The translations under genes and the position numbers were made by a program. This document shows positions 1 through 7,205 of a stretch of 13,729 nucleotides of DNA, piece after piece (within the stretch, counting starts at the first letter, position 1; the number at the start of each line of letters is the position of its first letter). Under the pieces are notes generated by a model. That model ran no database searches. It had not been told where the DNA came from and worked only from the letters and a program-made list of their open reading frames with translations. Source of the DNA: Breznakia sp. PF5-3 (GTDB lineage: Bacteria; Bacillota_I; Bacilli_A; Erysipelotrichales; Erysipelotrichaceae); contig NZ_JAQFIQ010000055.1 of assembly GCF_029504745.1 (NCBI RefSeq), positions 1 through 13,729 on the forward strand, in the 5' to 3' direction.

Positions 1-19
1 AAAAGCCTCTTTTAGAGGC
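1..19 (-). terminator. Hairpin with U-tract on the minus strand; possible second or bidirectional terminator at the window edge
   Basis: GCCTCT (5-10) pairs with AGAGGC (14-19) around a 3-nt loop. AAAA at 1-4 gives a T-run on the minus strand. Only CTT follows on the plus strand. Confidence 0.4.
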
Positions 20-71
20 CTTAGGAGAAAGGTTGTAACTGTCAGGTATTTAGTAGTCGAAGGACTACACA

Positions 72-92
72 ATAAAAGACCCTTACAGGGTC
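72..92 (-). terminator. Rho-independent terminator of the aldolase gene
   Basis: GACCCT (78-83) pairs with AGGGTC (87-92) around a 3-nt loop. On the minus strand it is followed by TTTTATT (77-71). It lies about 30 nt downstream of the stop at 120-122. An extra 8-bp hairpin (101-108/112-119) sits directly after the stop. Confidence 0.6.
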
Positions 93-119
93 AGTACATA
101 CCACTGATTATATCAGTGG

Positions 120-788
120 TTATGATTTTAAAGTAGTACGATTATAAGCATTTTCCCAGTCTTTGGTGAATGTGTCTACTGCTATATCAGTCATTGGATG
201 ATCCATCATATTTTGAAGTACATCTGTTGGTACTGTAACAGCTTGAATTCCACCTTTGATTAATTCATGAACTTGACGAGTATTTTTGAAAGATGCAGCA
301 ATTATTTTTGTTGGTAAATTGTTGACTTTCAACATTTGTATCAAGTCTAAAACATTTTCTACTCCATTACCAAGGTTATCCATTCTATTTACATATGGAG
401 CAAGAGCATCCGCACCAGATAAGGCAGCTAAGAATCCTTGTTCGGCTGAATAGATTGCTGTCGCCAAAACTTTAATTCCTAGTTTCTTACATTCTTTGAT
501 AGCTTTCAACCCTTCATTGCTTACTGGTATTTTCGCATAAATATTTTGTTTTCTAAGAGAATGTATATATTTTGCTTCTTCAACAATTCCAGCACAATCA
601 GTTGCTAGTACTTGAACATATAAAGCTTGATCATCATTTAGAATTGACAAGATATCATCAATCACGGCATGAAATTCTTTTTTGCTTTTCGTAATGATGG
701 TTGGGTTGGTTGTAACTCCATCAATTGTAAGATATTCATTAAAATGTTTAATTGCACTTGTATCGGCAGTATCTAAGATTAATTCCAT
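120..788 (-). CDS. fsa: Fructose-6-phosphate aldolase (FSA subfamily of the class I transaldolase family)
   Basis: The 222 aa product is colinear by eye with E. coli FsaA: MEL.LDT, GVTTNP, the Schiff-base Lys context AKIPV, APYVNR and AASFK. It carries the FSA-type Gln (YVQV) and Tyr (APYVNR) where true transaldolases have Glu and Phe. AGGAGG RBS on the minus strand at 796-801. Confidence 0.88.
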   Translation of the reverse strand: MELILDTADTSAIKHFNEYLTIDGVTTNPTIITKSKKEFHAVIDDILSILNDDQALYVQVLATDCAGIVEEAKYIHSLRKQNIYAKIPVSNEGLKAIKECKKLGIKVLATAIYSAEQGFLAALSGADALAPYVNRMDNLGNGVENVLDLIQMLKVNNLPTKIIAASFKNTRQVHELIKGGIQAVTVPTDVLQNMMDHPMTDIAVDTFTKDWENAYNRTTLKS

Positions 789-836
789 TATATTTCCTCC
801 TATATAATTTCTACATATTTAAGTATACTATATTCT

Positions 837-865
837 ATTAAAATTCAAAGACCAATTGATTTCAA
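837..865 (-). promoter_or_regulatory. Candidate sigma-A promoter for fsa
   Basis: On the minus strand: TTGAAA (865-860), 17 nt spacer, TTTAAT (842-837). This would give a leader of about 40 nt to ATG 788. Confidence 0.4.
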
Positions 866-905
866 AAGTTTGTACAACCAAATTTTTATTGGTTTTCCAC
901 GCATT

Positions 906-927
906 AAAACTTTGAATTCAAAGTTTT
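906..927. promoter_or_regulatory. Perfect 22-bp palindrome; candidate operator shared by the divergent fsa and nanE promoters
   Basis: AAAACTTTGAA|TTCAAAGTTTT, with 11/11 positions symmetric around 916/917. Related half-sites TTCAAAG at 844-850 and TTCAAAAG at 861-868. Confidence 0.4.
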
Positions 928-992
928 TTACTTGTTTTTATGAAGTCTATAAGAAACAAGAGAAAGTTGTAAAATGAATGTACTATAAGCGC

Positions 993-1021
993 TTGAAATC
1001 TCCTTTTGATTGCGGTATATT
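993..1021 (+). promoter_or_regulatory. Candidate sigma-A promoter for nanE
   Basis: TTGAAA (993-998), 17 nt spacer, TATATT (1016-1021). It overlaps the TTG at 1010 that the ORF track uses as a start, which argues for the downstream ATG. Confidence 0.5.
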
Positions 1022-1042
1022 GAGATAGAACGGAGGCGTCTT

Positions 1043-1711
1043 ATGCTTGATAAAATAAAAGGAAAATTAGTAGTATCTTGCCAGGCTTTACCTGATGAAC
1101 CTTTGCATTCATCGTTTATTATGGGAAGGATGGCATTGGCTGCGAAAGTTGGTGGAGCCAGTGGAATCCGCGCACAGAGTAAAGAAGATATTGATGAAAT
1201 TAAAAAGGTTGTTGATTTGCCTGTGATTGGGATTGTAAAACGTAATTATCCAGATAGTGATATATATATTACACCAACAAAAAAGGAAGTTGATGAATTG
1301 TTATCAACAGGGTGTGAAATGATTGCTCTTGATGCAACAGATCGCAAACGACCAAATGATGAAAAAATAGAAGATTTAATTGAATATATCAAAGCTCATG
1401 GAGTAAAAACAATGGCAGATTGTAGTACTTATGAAGAATGTATGGAAGCAGAGCGAATAGGGTTTGATTGTGTTTCAACTACCCTATGTGGATATACACC
1501 ATATAGTAAAAAAGTAGATGGACCCAATTTTGAATTAATTAAAAGATTAGTGAAAGATTTAAAGACACCATTGCTAGCAGAAGGGAAAATAAATACTCCT
1601 GAAGAATTACGTCAAGTTTTAGAATTAGGAGCATACAGTGCAGTTGTTGGTGGTGCAATCACAAGACCTCAACAAATTACAAAAACATTCATTGATGCAA
1701 TAAAAAAATGA
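1043..1711 (+). CDS. nanE: N-acetylmannosamine-6-phosphate 2-epimerase
   Basis: The N-terminus MLDKIKGKLVVSCQALPDEPLHS is characteristic of NanE. The length (222 aa) is that of a TIM-barrel protein. Start moved from TTG 1010 to ATG 1043, which has GGAGG at 1032-1036 with a 6 nt spacer. Confidence 0.9.
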   Translation: MLDKIKGKLVVSCQALPDEPLHSSFIMGRMALAAKVGGASGIRAQSKEDIDEIKKVVDLPVIGIVKRNYPDSDIYITPTKKEVDELLSTGCEMIALDATDRKRPNDEKIEDLIEYIKAHGVKTMADCSTYEECMEAERIGFDCVSTTLCGYTPYSKKVDGPNFELIKRLVKDLKTPLLAEGKINTPEELRQVLELGAYSAVVGGAITRPQQITKTFIDAIKK

Positions 1712-1730
1712 TCAAAATTGATCATTTTTT
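1702..1730. terminator. Bidirectional A/T-rich hairpin between convergent nanE and the lipoprotein gene
   Basis: AAAAAAATGATCA / TGATCATTTTTT (1702-1714 and 1719-1730) with a 4-nt loop. A-run on one side and T-run on the other. The stem is AT-rich, so only moderately convincing. Confidence 0.45.
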
Positions 1731-1732
1731 CT

Positions 1733-2992
1733 TTACCATTCATCCACTGCTTTAGCTGGTTCTGCTTCTTCGGCTGGTTCCGCTTCTTCGGCTGGTTCTG
1801 CAGCTACTAGTTCATTTCTGTTTACGGTAGAAGCATATGATATTACTTCTTCAGTTGCATCAACACCCATATCAATATCAGGATGAGTATCAACAACTAC
1901 ATCTTCTATTGGTTGTGGTTGATTAGCAGCTACCTTTTTCTTTGTTGTTTCTGAATCCTTCTCTAAAGAAATTGTATGCGAATGAATTGCTTCACTAGTT
2001 TTACTACGATATTTCGTATTCTGTTCATTTTCTTTATAAGGGTTTCTGTTTTGAGAAGTATTCTGTTGCCCTTTGACTTCGTTTATAGTATCTATGGCTT
2101 GGGTTTTAAGTTCTTCTAAAGCACTTCCAAATAACGCGAAAACAGATTTCTTCTCCGCTGGATTTTTTTGCTGTTGTTGTTTTATAGAGATTTTTTTCTT
2201 CCCAGATATATAATTCATTGATCTTGGTGTATATAGGTTATTAGAAACTTTTGATAGTATCCTAGTTTTATTTTTCTTAATTGCAAGAAGAATTGCAATT
2301 AAGATACTGATAACAACAATCAAGGTTAGGACTGCAAAGATAGGACCGTTACTCTCATTGGTCTCGGAATTACTAAAGTTTGAGTATGAATCATCGTCGT
2401 AATAGTTATCGTATGATGAATATTGGTTAGCTTTAATTTCAATGTAAGGTTCATCAAAGTTCAAAATATCATAACTTGTTTCATAATCGCTATAATAATC
2501 TACATGATCATGATTAGAGTTAGAACTTATAATATTTCCCGGGAAAGAAAATGCAATAATAACTTCTGCATCCATCTCTTTTAATTGATCAATTGTATAG
2601 ACATCAAATGTACTTAATAGATAATTTCTTAATGCTTCACTTTCTATTTTAATTGTTATTGTCTCTGAATCATAATCAATATCTTCATAATATCCATCAC
2701 CTAATAAATCTTGTAGGCTAACTTCATAAGCATAGGATGAAAAATAATATTGATTTCCATAAATGTTTCCAAAATCTTCATCATAAATACCAGATAAAGA
2801 ATCCTTCTCCATTTGTTTACGAACGCTATCAATTGTTGCATGGCTATTATCAAAGGCGTCCTTATCAACTTCTAACGAATATAAAATAGAATAATCGTCT
2901 TGTCCATTATAATAGACAGTCATGTTTGCTTCTCCACATCCACTTACTAAAGTGATGAAAAGAATAATAAATAATAATCTAAATTTTTTCAT
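1733..2992 (-). CDS. Hypothetical lipoprotein with an additional transmembrane helix and a disordered C-terminal tail
   Basis: The 419 aa product has an N-terminal signal with lipobox LVSG|C (Cys19). A Tyr/Asp/Ser-rich region of about 195 aa follows, then a hydrophobic helix (FAVLTLIVVISILIAILLAI) followed by KKNK. The last ~180 aa are low-complexity (QQQQK, and AEPAEE repeats at the C-terminus). GAGGGG RBS upstream on the minus strand. I recognise no family. Confidence 0.8.
   Translation of the reverse strand: MKKFRLLFIILFITLVSGCGEANMTVYYNGQDDYSILYSLEVDKDAFDNSHATIDSVRKQMEKDSLSGIYDEDFGNIYGNQYYFSSYAYEVSLQDLLGDGYYEDIDYDSETITIKIESEALRNYLLSTFDVYTIDQLKEMDAEVIIAFSFPGNIISSNSNHDHVDYYSDYETSYDILNFDEPYIEIKANQYSSYDNYYDDDSYSNFSNSETNESNGPIFAVLTLIVVISILIAILLAIKKNKTRILSKVSNNLYTPRSMNYISGKKKISIKQQQQKNPAEKKSVFALFGSALEELKTQAIDTINEVKGQQNTSQNRNPYKENEQNTKYRSKTSEAIHSHTISLEKDSETTKKKVAANQPQPIEDVVVDTHPDIDMGVDATEEVISYASTVNRNELVAAEPAEEAEPAEEAEPAKAVDEW
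1755..1803. repeat. 18-bp tandem repeat, about 2.7 copies, inside the lipoprotein gene
   Basis: GCTGGTTCTGCTTCTTCG (1755-1772), GCTGGTTCCGCTTCTTCG (1773-1790), then partial GCTGGTTCTGCAG (1791-1803). Encodes (AEPAEE)n on the minus strand. Confidence 0.85.
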
Positions 2993-3014
2993 GATTCCCC
3001 TCGTTATGTAAATA

Positions 3015-3023
3015 ATTATATCA
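3015..3023 (-). promoter_or_regulatory. Extended -10 (TGaTATAAT) candidate promoter for the lipoprotein gene
   Basis: The minus strand reads TGATATAAT across 3023-3015, about 20 nt upstream of the RBS. No good -35 element. Confidence 0.35.
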
Positions 3024-3061
3024 AAATTGAGCTAGATTGGGTACTTTATTTAGATGAATAA

Positions 3062-3069
3062 TGTATAAT
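3062..3069 (+). promoter_or_regulatory. Extended -10 (TGTATAAT) candidate promoter for pepT
   Basis: TG at 3062-3063 followed by TATAAT at 3064-3069. RBS GAAGGTG at 3081-3087 and ATG at 3093. The -35 element is poor. Confidence 0.4.
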
Positions 3070-3092
3070 GGAAAGGAAAAGAAGGTGAAAAG

Positions 3093-4310
3093 ATGAATAT
3101 TGTAGAAAGATTTATAAAGTATGTGAAAGTGGATACACAATCAGATCCAAACAATATGGAGGCACCATCAACCAAGAAACAGTTAACCCTGGCGAATATT
3201 TTAGTTGATGATATGAAAGCAGTGGGGATTGGAGATGCCCATGTAGATACTTATGGGATTGTTTATGGAACCCTTGCTTCTAATATTGATAAGAAGGTTG
3301 AAACAATAGGATTTATTGCTCATATGGATACTGCTCCTGATATGAGTGGAGAAAATGTAAATCCTAGAATTATTAAAAACTATGATGGTGGAGAAATTAT
3401 TCTAAATGAAGCATTAAATATTTCAATGAGTCCTAAAATGTTTGATAATTTAAATGGTGTAATAGGAAAAGATATTATTGTTACAGATGGTACAACATTG
3501 TTAGGTGCTGATGACAAAGCCGGTGTTACAGAGATTATGGAAATGTGTAAATATTTCTATGAGCATCCAGAAGTAAAACATGGAACAATTAAAATTGCGT
3601 TTACTCCAGATGAAGAAGTAGGAAGAGGAGCAGATCATTTTAATGTGAAAAAGTTTGCTGCTGACTATGCATACACAGTAGATGGTGGAGATATCAATTC
3701 TATTGATTATGAAAACTTTAATGCAGCTTCTGCAGAAGTATTAATTCAAGGAAGTAGCATTCATCCTGGTGATGCAAAAGATAAGCTTGTAAATGCAAGT
3801 AAGTTAGCAATGGAATTCCATATGTTATTACCAATTGAATTAGATCCTGCAAAAACAAGTGGACGTGAAGGATTTAATCATCTTACATATCTAAATGGAC
3901 ATACAGAACATGCAGAGATGGAATATATTATTCGAAATCATGATAAAAAGCTTTTTGAAAATCAAAAAGAAGAATTTTATCACGCAAGAGATATTATGAA
4001 TGAAAAATATGGGGATGTAATTTCTGTGGAAATAAAAGATTCATATTATAATATGGCAAACTTAATTGAAACAAGAATGTCAATTGTGGATGATGTTAAA
4101 CGAATTATGAAAGAAATGGGCTTACAACCGACGAGTACACCAATTCGTGGTGGAACCGATGGTTCAAGATTGTCATATGAAGGACTACTTTGTCCAAACA
4201 TTGGAACAGGTGGAGCCAACTTCCATGGGAAATATGAATATGTTTGTATTCAATCAATGGAGACCATTCGGGATTTAATAATCAATATCGTAAAAGATAA
4301 AGCCAAATAA
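3093..4310 (+). CDS. pepT: Peptidase T (tripeptide aminopeptidase, M20B family)
   Basis: The 405 aa product starts with ERFIKYVKVDTQSD. It carries the M20 metal and catalytic motifs HMDT, GADDKAG, PDEEVG and a C-terminal NFHG. Confidence 0.95.
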   Translation: MNIVERFIKYVKVDTQSDPNNMEAPSTKKQLTLANILVDDMKAVGIGDAHVDTYGIVYGTLASNIDKKVETIGFIAHMDTAPDMSGENVNPRIIKNYDGGEIILNEALNISMSPKMFDNLNGVIGKDIIVTDGTTLLGADDKAGVTEIMEMCKYFYEHPEVKHGTIKIAFTPDEEVGRGADHFNVKKFAADYAYTVDGGDINSIDYENFNAASAEVLIQGSSIHPGDAKDKLVNASKLAMEFHMLLPIELDPAKTSGREGFNHLTYLNGHTEHAEMEYIIRNHDKKLFENQKEEFYHARDIMNEKYGDVISVEIKDSYYNMANLIETRMSIVDDVKRIMKEMGLQPTSTPIRGGTDGSRLSYEGLLCPNIGTGGANFHGKYEYVCIQSMETIRDLIINIVKDKAK

Positions 4311-4335
4311 AAGCAACTTATGAGAAGTTGCTTTT
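4309..4335. terminator. Bidirectional rho-independent terminator between pepT and the pentapeptide-repeat gene
   Basis: GCAACTT (4313-4319) pairs with AAGTTGC (4325-4331) around a 5-nt loop. It is flanked by AAAA (4309-4312) and TTTT (4332-4335). Confidence 0.7.
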
Positions 4336-4954
4336 ATTCTTTTATTTTCAATCCTAAGATTTTAGATAAATCAATTGCTTGCATTGGGCTTACGATAACA
4401 CCTTTTAAACTATCGTTTGTCAATGCAATACCTTCGATATTACAAGAACTTACATCGATATTTTTTAAATGGGTATGCAAAAACTCACAGCTAGCAAGGT
4501 TACACTCATCAAAGAATACATCCTTAAAGGTTGTTTCGTTGAAACTGCTTTGAGAAAGATTGGTTTGTGAGAAGCACGTATTTTTAATAGTAGCACAGGA
4601 GAAGTTTGTGTAATTGGCACTGTTATTTATAAATTGGATATCTTGTAATCGCGTGGAAGAGAAATCACATCCTGTTAAACGACAGTTTTTAAAGATTACT
4701 CTAATGAGTGATCCTTCATAAAATGATAGATTAGATAAATCACAGTTTTCAAAGATGATATCCATGCCATCGATACGCTCAAAATCACAATCAATAAAGG
4801 TTGTGTTTTTAAAATGACATTCATTGATTTTAAGATGTTTTTGTTTGATTTCCTGAAATTCTTCATTTTCCCAAATACCATATTCAAGCGATTCACTAGA
4901 TGTGTACTCGTAGGTATGTAGGGCTTGGAAAAATTTGGGTTGTTTAATGTTCAT
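4334..4954 (-). CDS. Pentapeptide-repeat protein, Qnr/MfpA-like (putative topoisomerase-protection protein)
   Basis: About 25 consecutive pentads have a central F/L (CHFKN TTFID CDFER ... CNLAS CEFLH THLKN). The size is ~206 aa, and a non-repeat C-terminal segment (SPMQAIDLSKILGLKI) resembles the dimerisation tail of Qnr-type PRPs. Start placed at ATG 4954. The track's TTG 4975 is an alternative. Neither start has an SD. Confidence 0.85.
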   Translation of the reverse strand: MNIKQPKFFQALHTYEYTSSESLEYGIWENEEFQEIKQKHLKINECHFKNTTFIDCDFERIDGMDIIFENCDLSNLSFYEGSLIRVIFKNCRLTGCDFSSTRLQDIQFINNSANYTNFSCATIKNTCFSQTNLSQSSFNETTFKDVFFDECNLASCEFLHTHLKNIDVSSCNIEGIALTNDSLKGVIVSPMQAIDLSKILGLKIKE

Positions 4955-4961
4955 GTTATCT

Positions 4962-4990
4962 ATTATAAATGGCAATTATAATTTTTACAA
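4962..4990 (-). promoter_or_regulatory. Near-consensus sigma-A promoter positioned to give a leaderless PRP mRNA
   Basis: On the minus strand: TTGTAA (4990-4985), 17 nt spacer, TATAAT (4967-4962), then 7 nt before ATG (4954-4952). Confidence 0.5.
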
Positions 4991-5004
4991 TCTTATAAAA
5001 GGAG

Positions 5005-5033
5005 TTATCACAACAGCTGTAATTTGGTATAAT
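5005..5033 (+). promoter_or_regulatory. Candidate promoter for tex with an extended -10
   Basis: TTATCA (5005-5010), 17 nt spacer, TATAAT (5028-5033). TG at 5025-5026 makes TGgTATAAT. RBS AGGAGA at 5048-5053. Confidence 0.5.
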
Positions 5034-5058
5034 GAGAATGTTGACTTAGGAGATTACG

Positions 5059-7197
5059 ATGAAAGAAATTAATGAAATTGCAAATAGTTTGCAAGTTGCA
5101 GAAAGCCAGGTAGTAAATACCTTGAAATTGTTAGAAGAAGGGAATACAGTTCCCTTTATTGCTCGTTATCGAAAAGAGATGACGAAAGGATTGGATGAAG
5201 AACAAATTCGTTTAATTCAGGAAAGTTATACATATAAAATAAATTTAGAAAAGCGTAAAGAAGATGTTTTACGTTTAATTGAGGAACAAGGAAGACTTAC
5301 GGATGAGATTCGTGAGCAGGTCATGAAGTGTGAAAAATTAGCACAGGTGGAAGATATTTATCGACCATACAAGCAAAAGAAAAAAACACGTGCTAGTGTT
5401 GCTGTTGCAGCTGGTTTAAAACCACTTGCAGAATATTTATTGAGTTTTCCTCGTCTACTTGATGATGAAAAAGTAGCAAGCTTTTTAAATGATACAATCA
5501 CAAGTGTTGAAGATGCTTTACAAGGCGCAAAAGATATTATTGCGGAAATAATCAGTGATGATAATGATGTGCGTACTAAAATTTATGATTCAATGATGAA
5601 TTATGGAAAAATAAAAACGAATGAAAAGAAAAATCATGAAGATGAGAATAAAGTATATAAGATGTACTATGATTATGAAGAGCGCATTGGTAGTCTAGCA
5701 GCACATCGAATCATGGCGATTGATCGTGCTGAAAAAGAAAAAGTAATTACTGTTTCAATAATGATAAATGAAGAGTATATAACAAACTGGGTAAAAAGAC
5801 GGTATATGAAGTATCCAAATAGTGCTACCTCTGCAGATGTTGAAGAGGCAATTCTAGATGGTTTAAAACGTTTGGCATATCCATCAATTGAAAGAATGGT
5901 GCGTAGTGAATTAAGTGAGAAAGCTCATGATACAAGTATTGATGTATTTTCATTTAATTTAGAAAAATTACTTCTTCAACCGCCAATGAAAGAAAAGATG
6001 ATCTTAGGTTTTGATCCTGCATATCGTACAGGGTGTAAATTGGCAGTTATTGATCGCCAAGGAAAAATGGTGAAAGTAGATGTTATCTATCCACATAAAC
6101 CTGTTTCTAAGATGAAAGAAGCAAAGCAAAAATTGATTGAGTTACTTACTACTTATAAGATTGATATTGTTGCAATTGGAAATGGAACTGCTAGTAGAGA
6201 GAGTGAAACTTTTGTAGCTGAAGTAATCAAGAGTAACAATTTAAATGTAGCATTTACGCTTGTAAGTGAAGCAGGTGCTTCGGTGTACAGTGCATCAAAA
6301 TTGGCGATTGATGAATTTCCTAAATTACATGTTGAGGAAAGAAGTGCAATCTCCATTGCAAGAAGGTTATTAGATCCTTTATCAGAACTTATTAAAATTG
6401 ATCCTCAATCAATAGGGGTTGGACAATACCAACATGATTTACCTACAACACAACTAAAAGAAAGATTGGCTTTCGTAGTGGAGAAGGCAGTTAACTTAGT
6501 TGGTGTTAATATCAACAGTGCAAGTCCAGCATTGCTGCAAAATGTTGCAGGATTAACAAGTGCGAGTGCAAAGAGCATTGTTTCGTATCGTGAGGAGAAT
6601 GGGAAAATAGCATCACGTAAAGTGATTAAAAAAATCCCTAAAATTGGACCAAAAGCATATGAGCAAGCGGCAGGATTTTTACGTGTGGAAGATAGTGAAG
6701 AAAAGTTAGATCGTACAGCAATTCATCCAGAAAGCTATAAACTAGCAAAAGCAGTTTTAAAAAGATTAAATCTTACAGAAGATGATATGGGGACTTCCAA
6801 AGCAGAAATAGAAGTTAAAAAACTGAATCGTGAAGAACTATTAGAACAATTAGAATGTGATTCCTATACTTTGGATGACATTTTAGATGCTATTTGTTTA
6901 CCATTGCGTGATTATCGTGATCAATATGATGCCCCAATTTTACGTCAGGATATTTTGTCTTTTGAAGACTTAAGTGAAGGCGATGAACTTGAAGGCGTGG
7001 TTCGTAATGTTGTTGATTTTGGTGCGTTTGTTGATATTGGGTTAAAAGAAGATGGATTGATTCATATATCACAATTATCGAAAACAAGAGTAAAGCATCC
7101 AAGTGATATTGTTTCCGTAGGCGATATTTTAAAAGTATGGGTATATAAAATTGATGAAGAAAAGCATAAAGTACAATTAACGTTGATTGAAAGATAG
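5059..7197 (+). CDS. tex: Transcription accessory protein Tex (S1 RNA-binding domain protein)
   Basis: The 712 aa product has the N-terminal VPFIARYRKE motif and a central YqgF/RuvC-like region (GFDPAYRTGCK). HhH-like repeats follow, then a C-terminal S1 domain (GVVRNVVDFGAFVDIG...DGLIHISQL). Confidence 0.95.
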   Translation: MKEINEIANSLQVAESQVVNTLKLLEEGNTVPFIARYRKEMTKGLDEEQIRLIQESYTYKINLEKRKEDVLRLIEEQGRLTDEIREQVMKCEKLAQVEDIYRPYKQKKKTRASVAVAAGLKPLAEYLLSFPRLLDDEKVASFLNDTITSVEDALQGAKDIIAEIISDDNDVRTKIYDSMMNYGKIKTNEKKNHEDENKVYKMYYDYEERIGSLAAHRIMAIDRAEKEKVITVSIMINEEYITNWVKRRYMKYPNSATSADVEEAILDGLKRLAYPSIERMVRSELSEKAHDTSIDVFSFNLEKLLLQPPMKEKMILGFDPAYRTGCKLAVIDRQGKMVKVDVIYPHKPVSKMKEAKQKLIELLTTYKIDIVAIGNGTASRESETFVAEVIKSNNLNVAFTLVSEAGASVYSASKLAIDEFPKLHVEERSAISIARRLLDPLSELIKIDPQSIGVGQYQHDLPTTQLKERLAFVVEKAVNLVGVNINSASPALLQNVAGLTSASAKSIVSYREENGKIASRKVIKKIPKIGPKAYEQAAGFLRVEDSEEKLDRTAIHPESYKLAKAVLKRLNLTEDDMGTSKAEIEVKKLNREELLEQLECDSYTLDDILDAICLPLRDYRDQYDAPILRQDILSFEDLSEGDELEGVVRNVVDFGAFVDIGLKEDGLIHISQLSKTRVKHPSDIVSVGDILKVWVYKIDEEKHKVQLTLIER

Positions 7198-7205
7198 GTG
7201 TAATA

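Noticed and set aside
906-930. The 22-bp palindrome read as an intrinsic terminator (stem plus T-run)
   Set aside because: No gene ends upstream of it on either strand, because it lies between two divergent promoters. The stem would be almost pure A/U. An operator role fits the context better.
1010-1042. TTG 1010 as the nanE start (track coordinates)
   Set aside because: The 11 extra residues (MRYIEIERRRL) are not part of the NanE N-terminus as I know it. The TTG lies inside the spacer of the candidate promoter. ATG 1043 has a correctly spaced GGAGG.
4320-4553. 77-aa + strand ORF overlapping the pentapeptide-repeat gene
   Set aside because: It lies opposite a frame with unmistakable 5-residue periodicity. 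It begins inside the pepT terminator hairpin and has no RBS.
4696-4896. 66-aa minus-strand ORF in an alternative frame of the PRP gene
   Set aside because: It lies wholly inside the PRP CDS in another frame. Its Lys/Asn-rich product has no motifs.
6153-7102. Two minus-strand ORFs (6153-6356 and 6890-7102) inside tex
   Set aside because: Both are antisense to a highly recognisable, full-length Tex protein and are best explained as chance ORFs.
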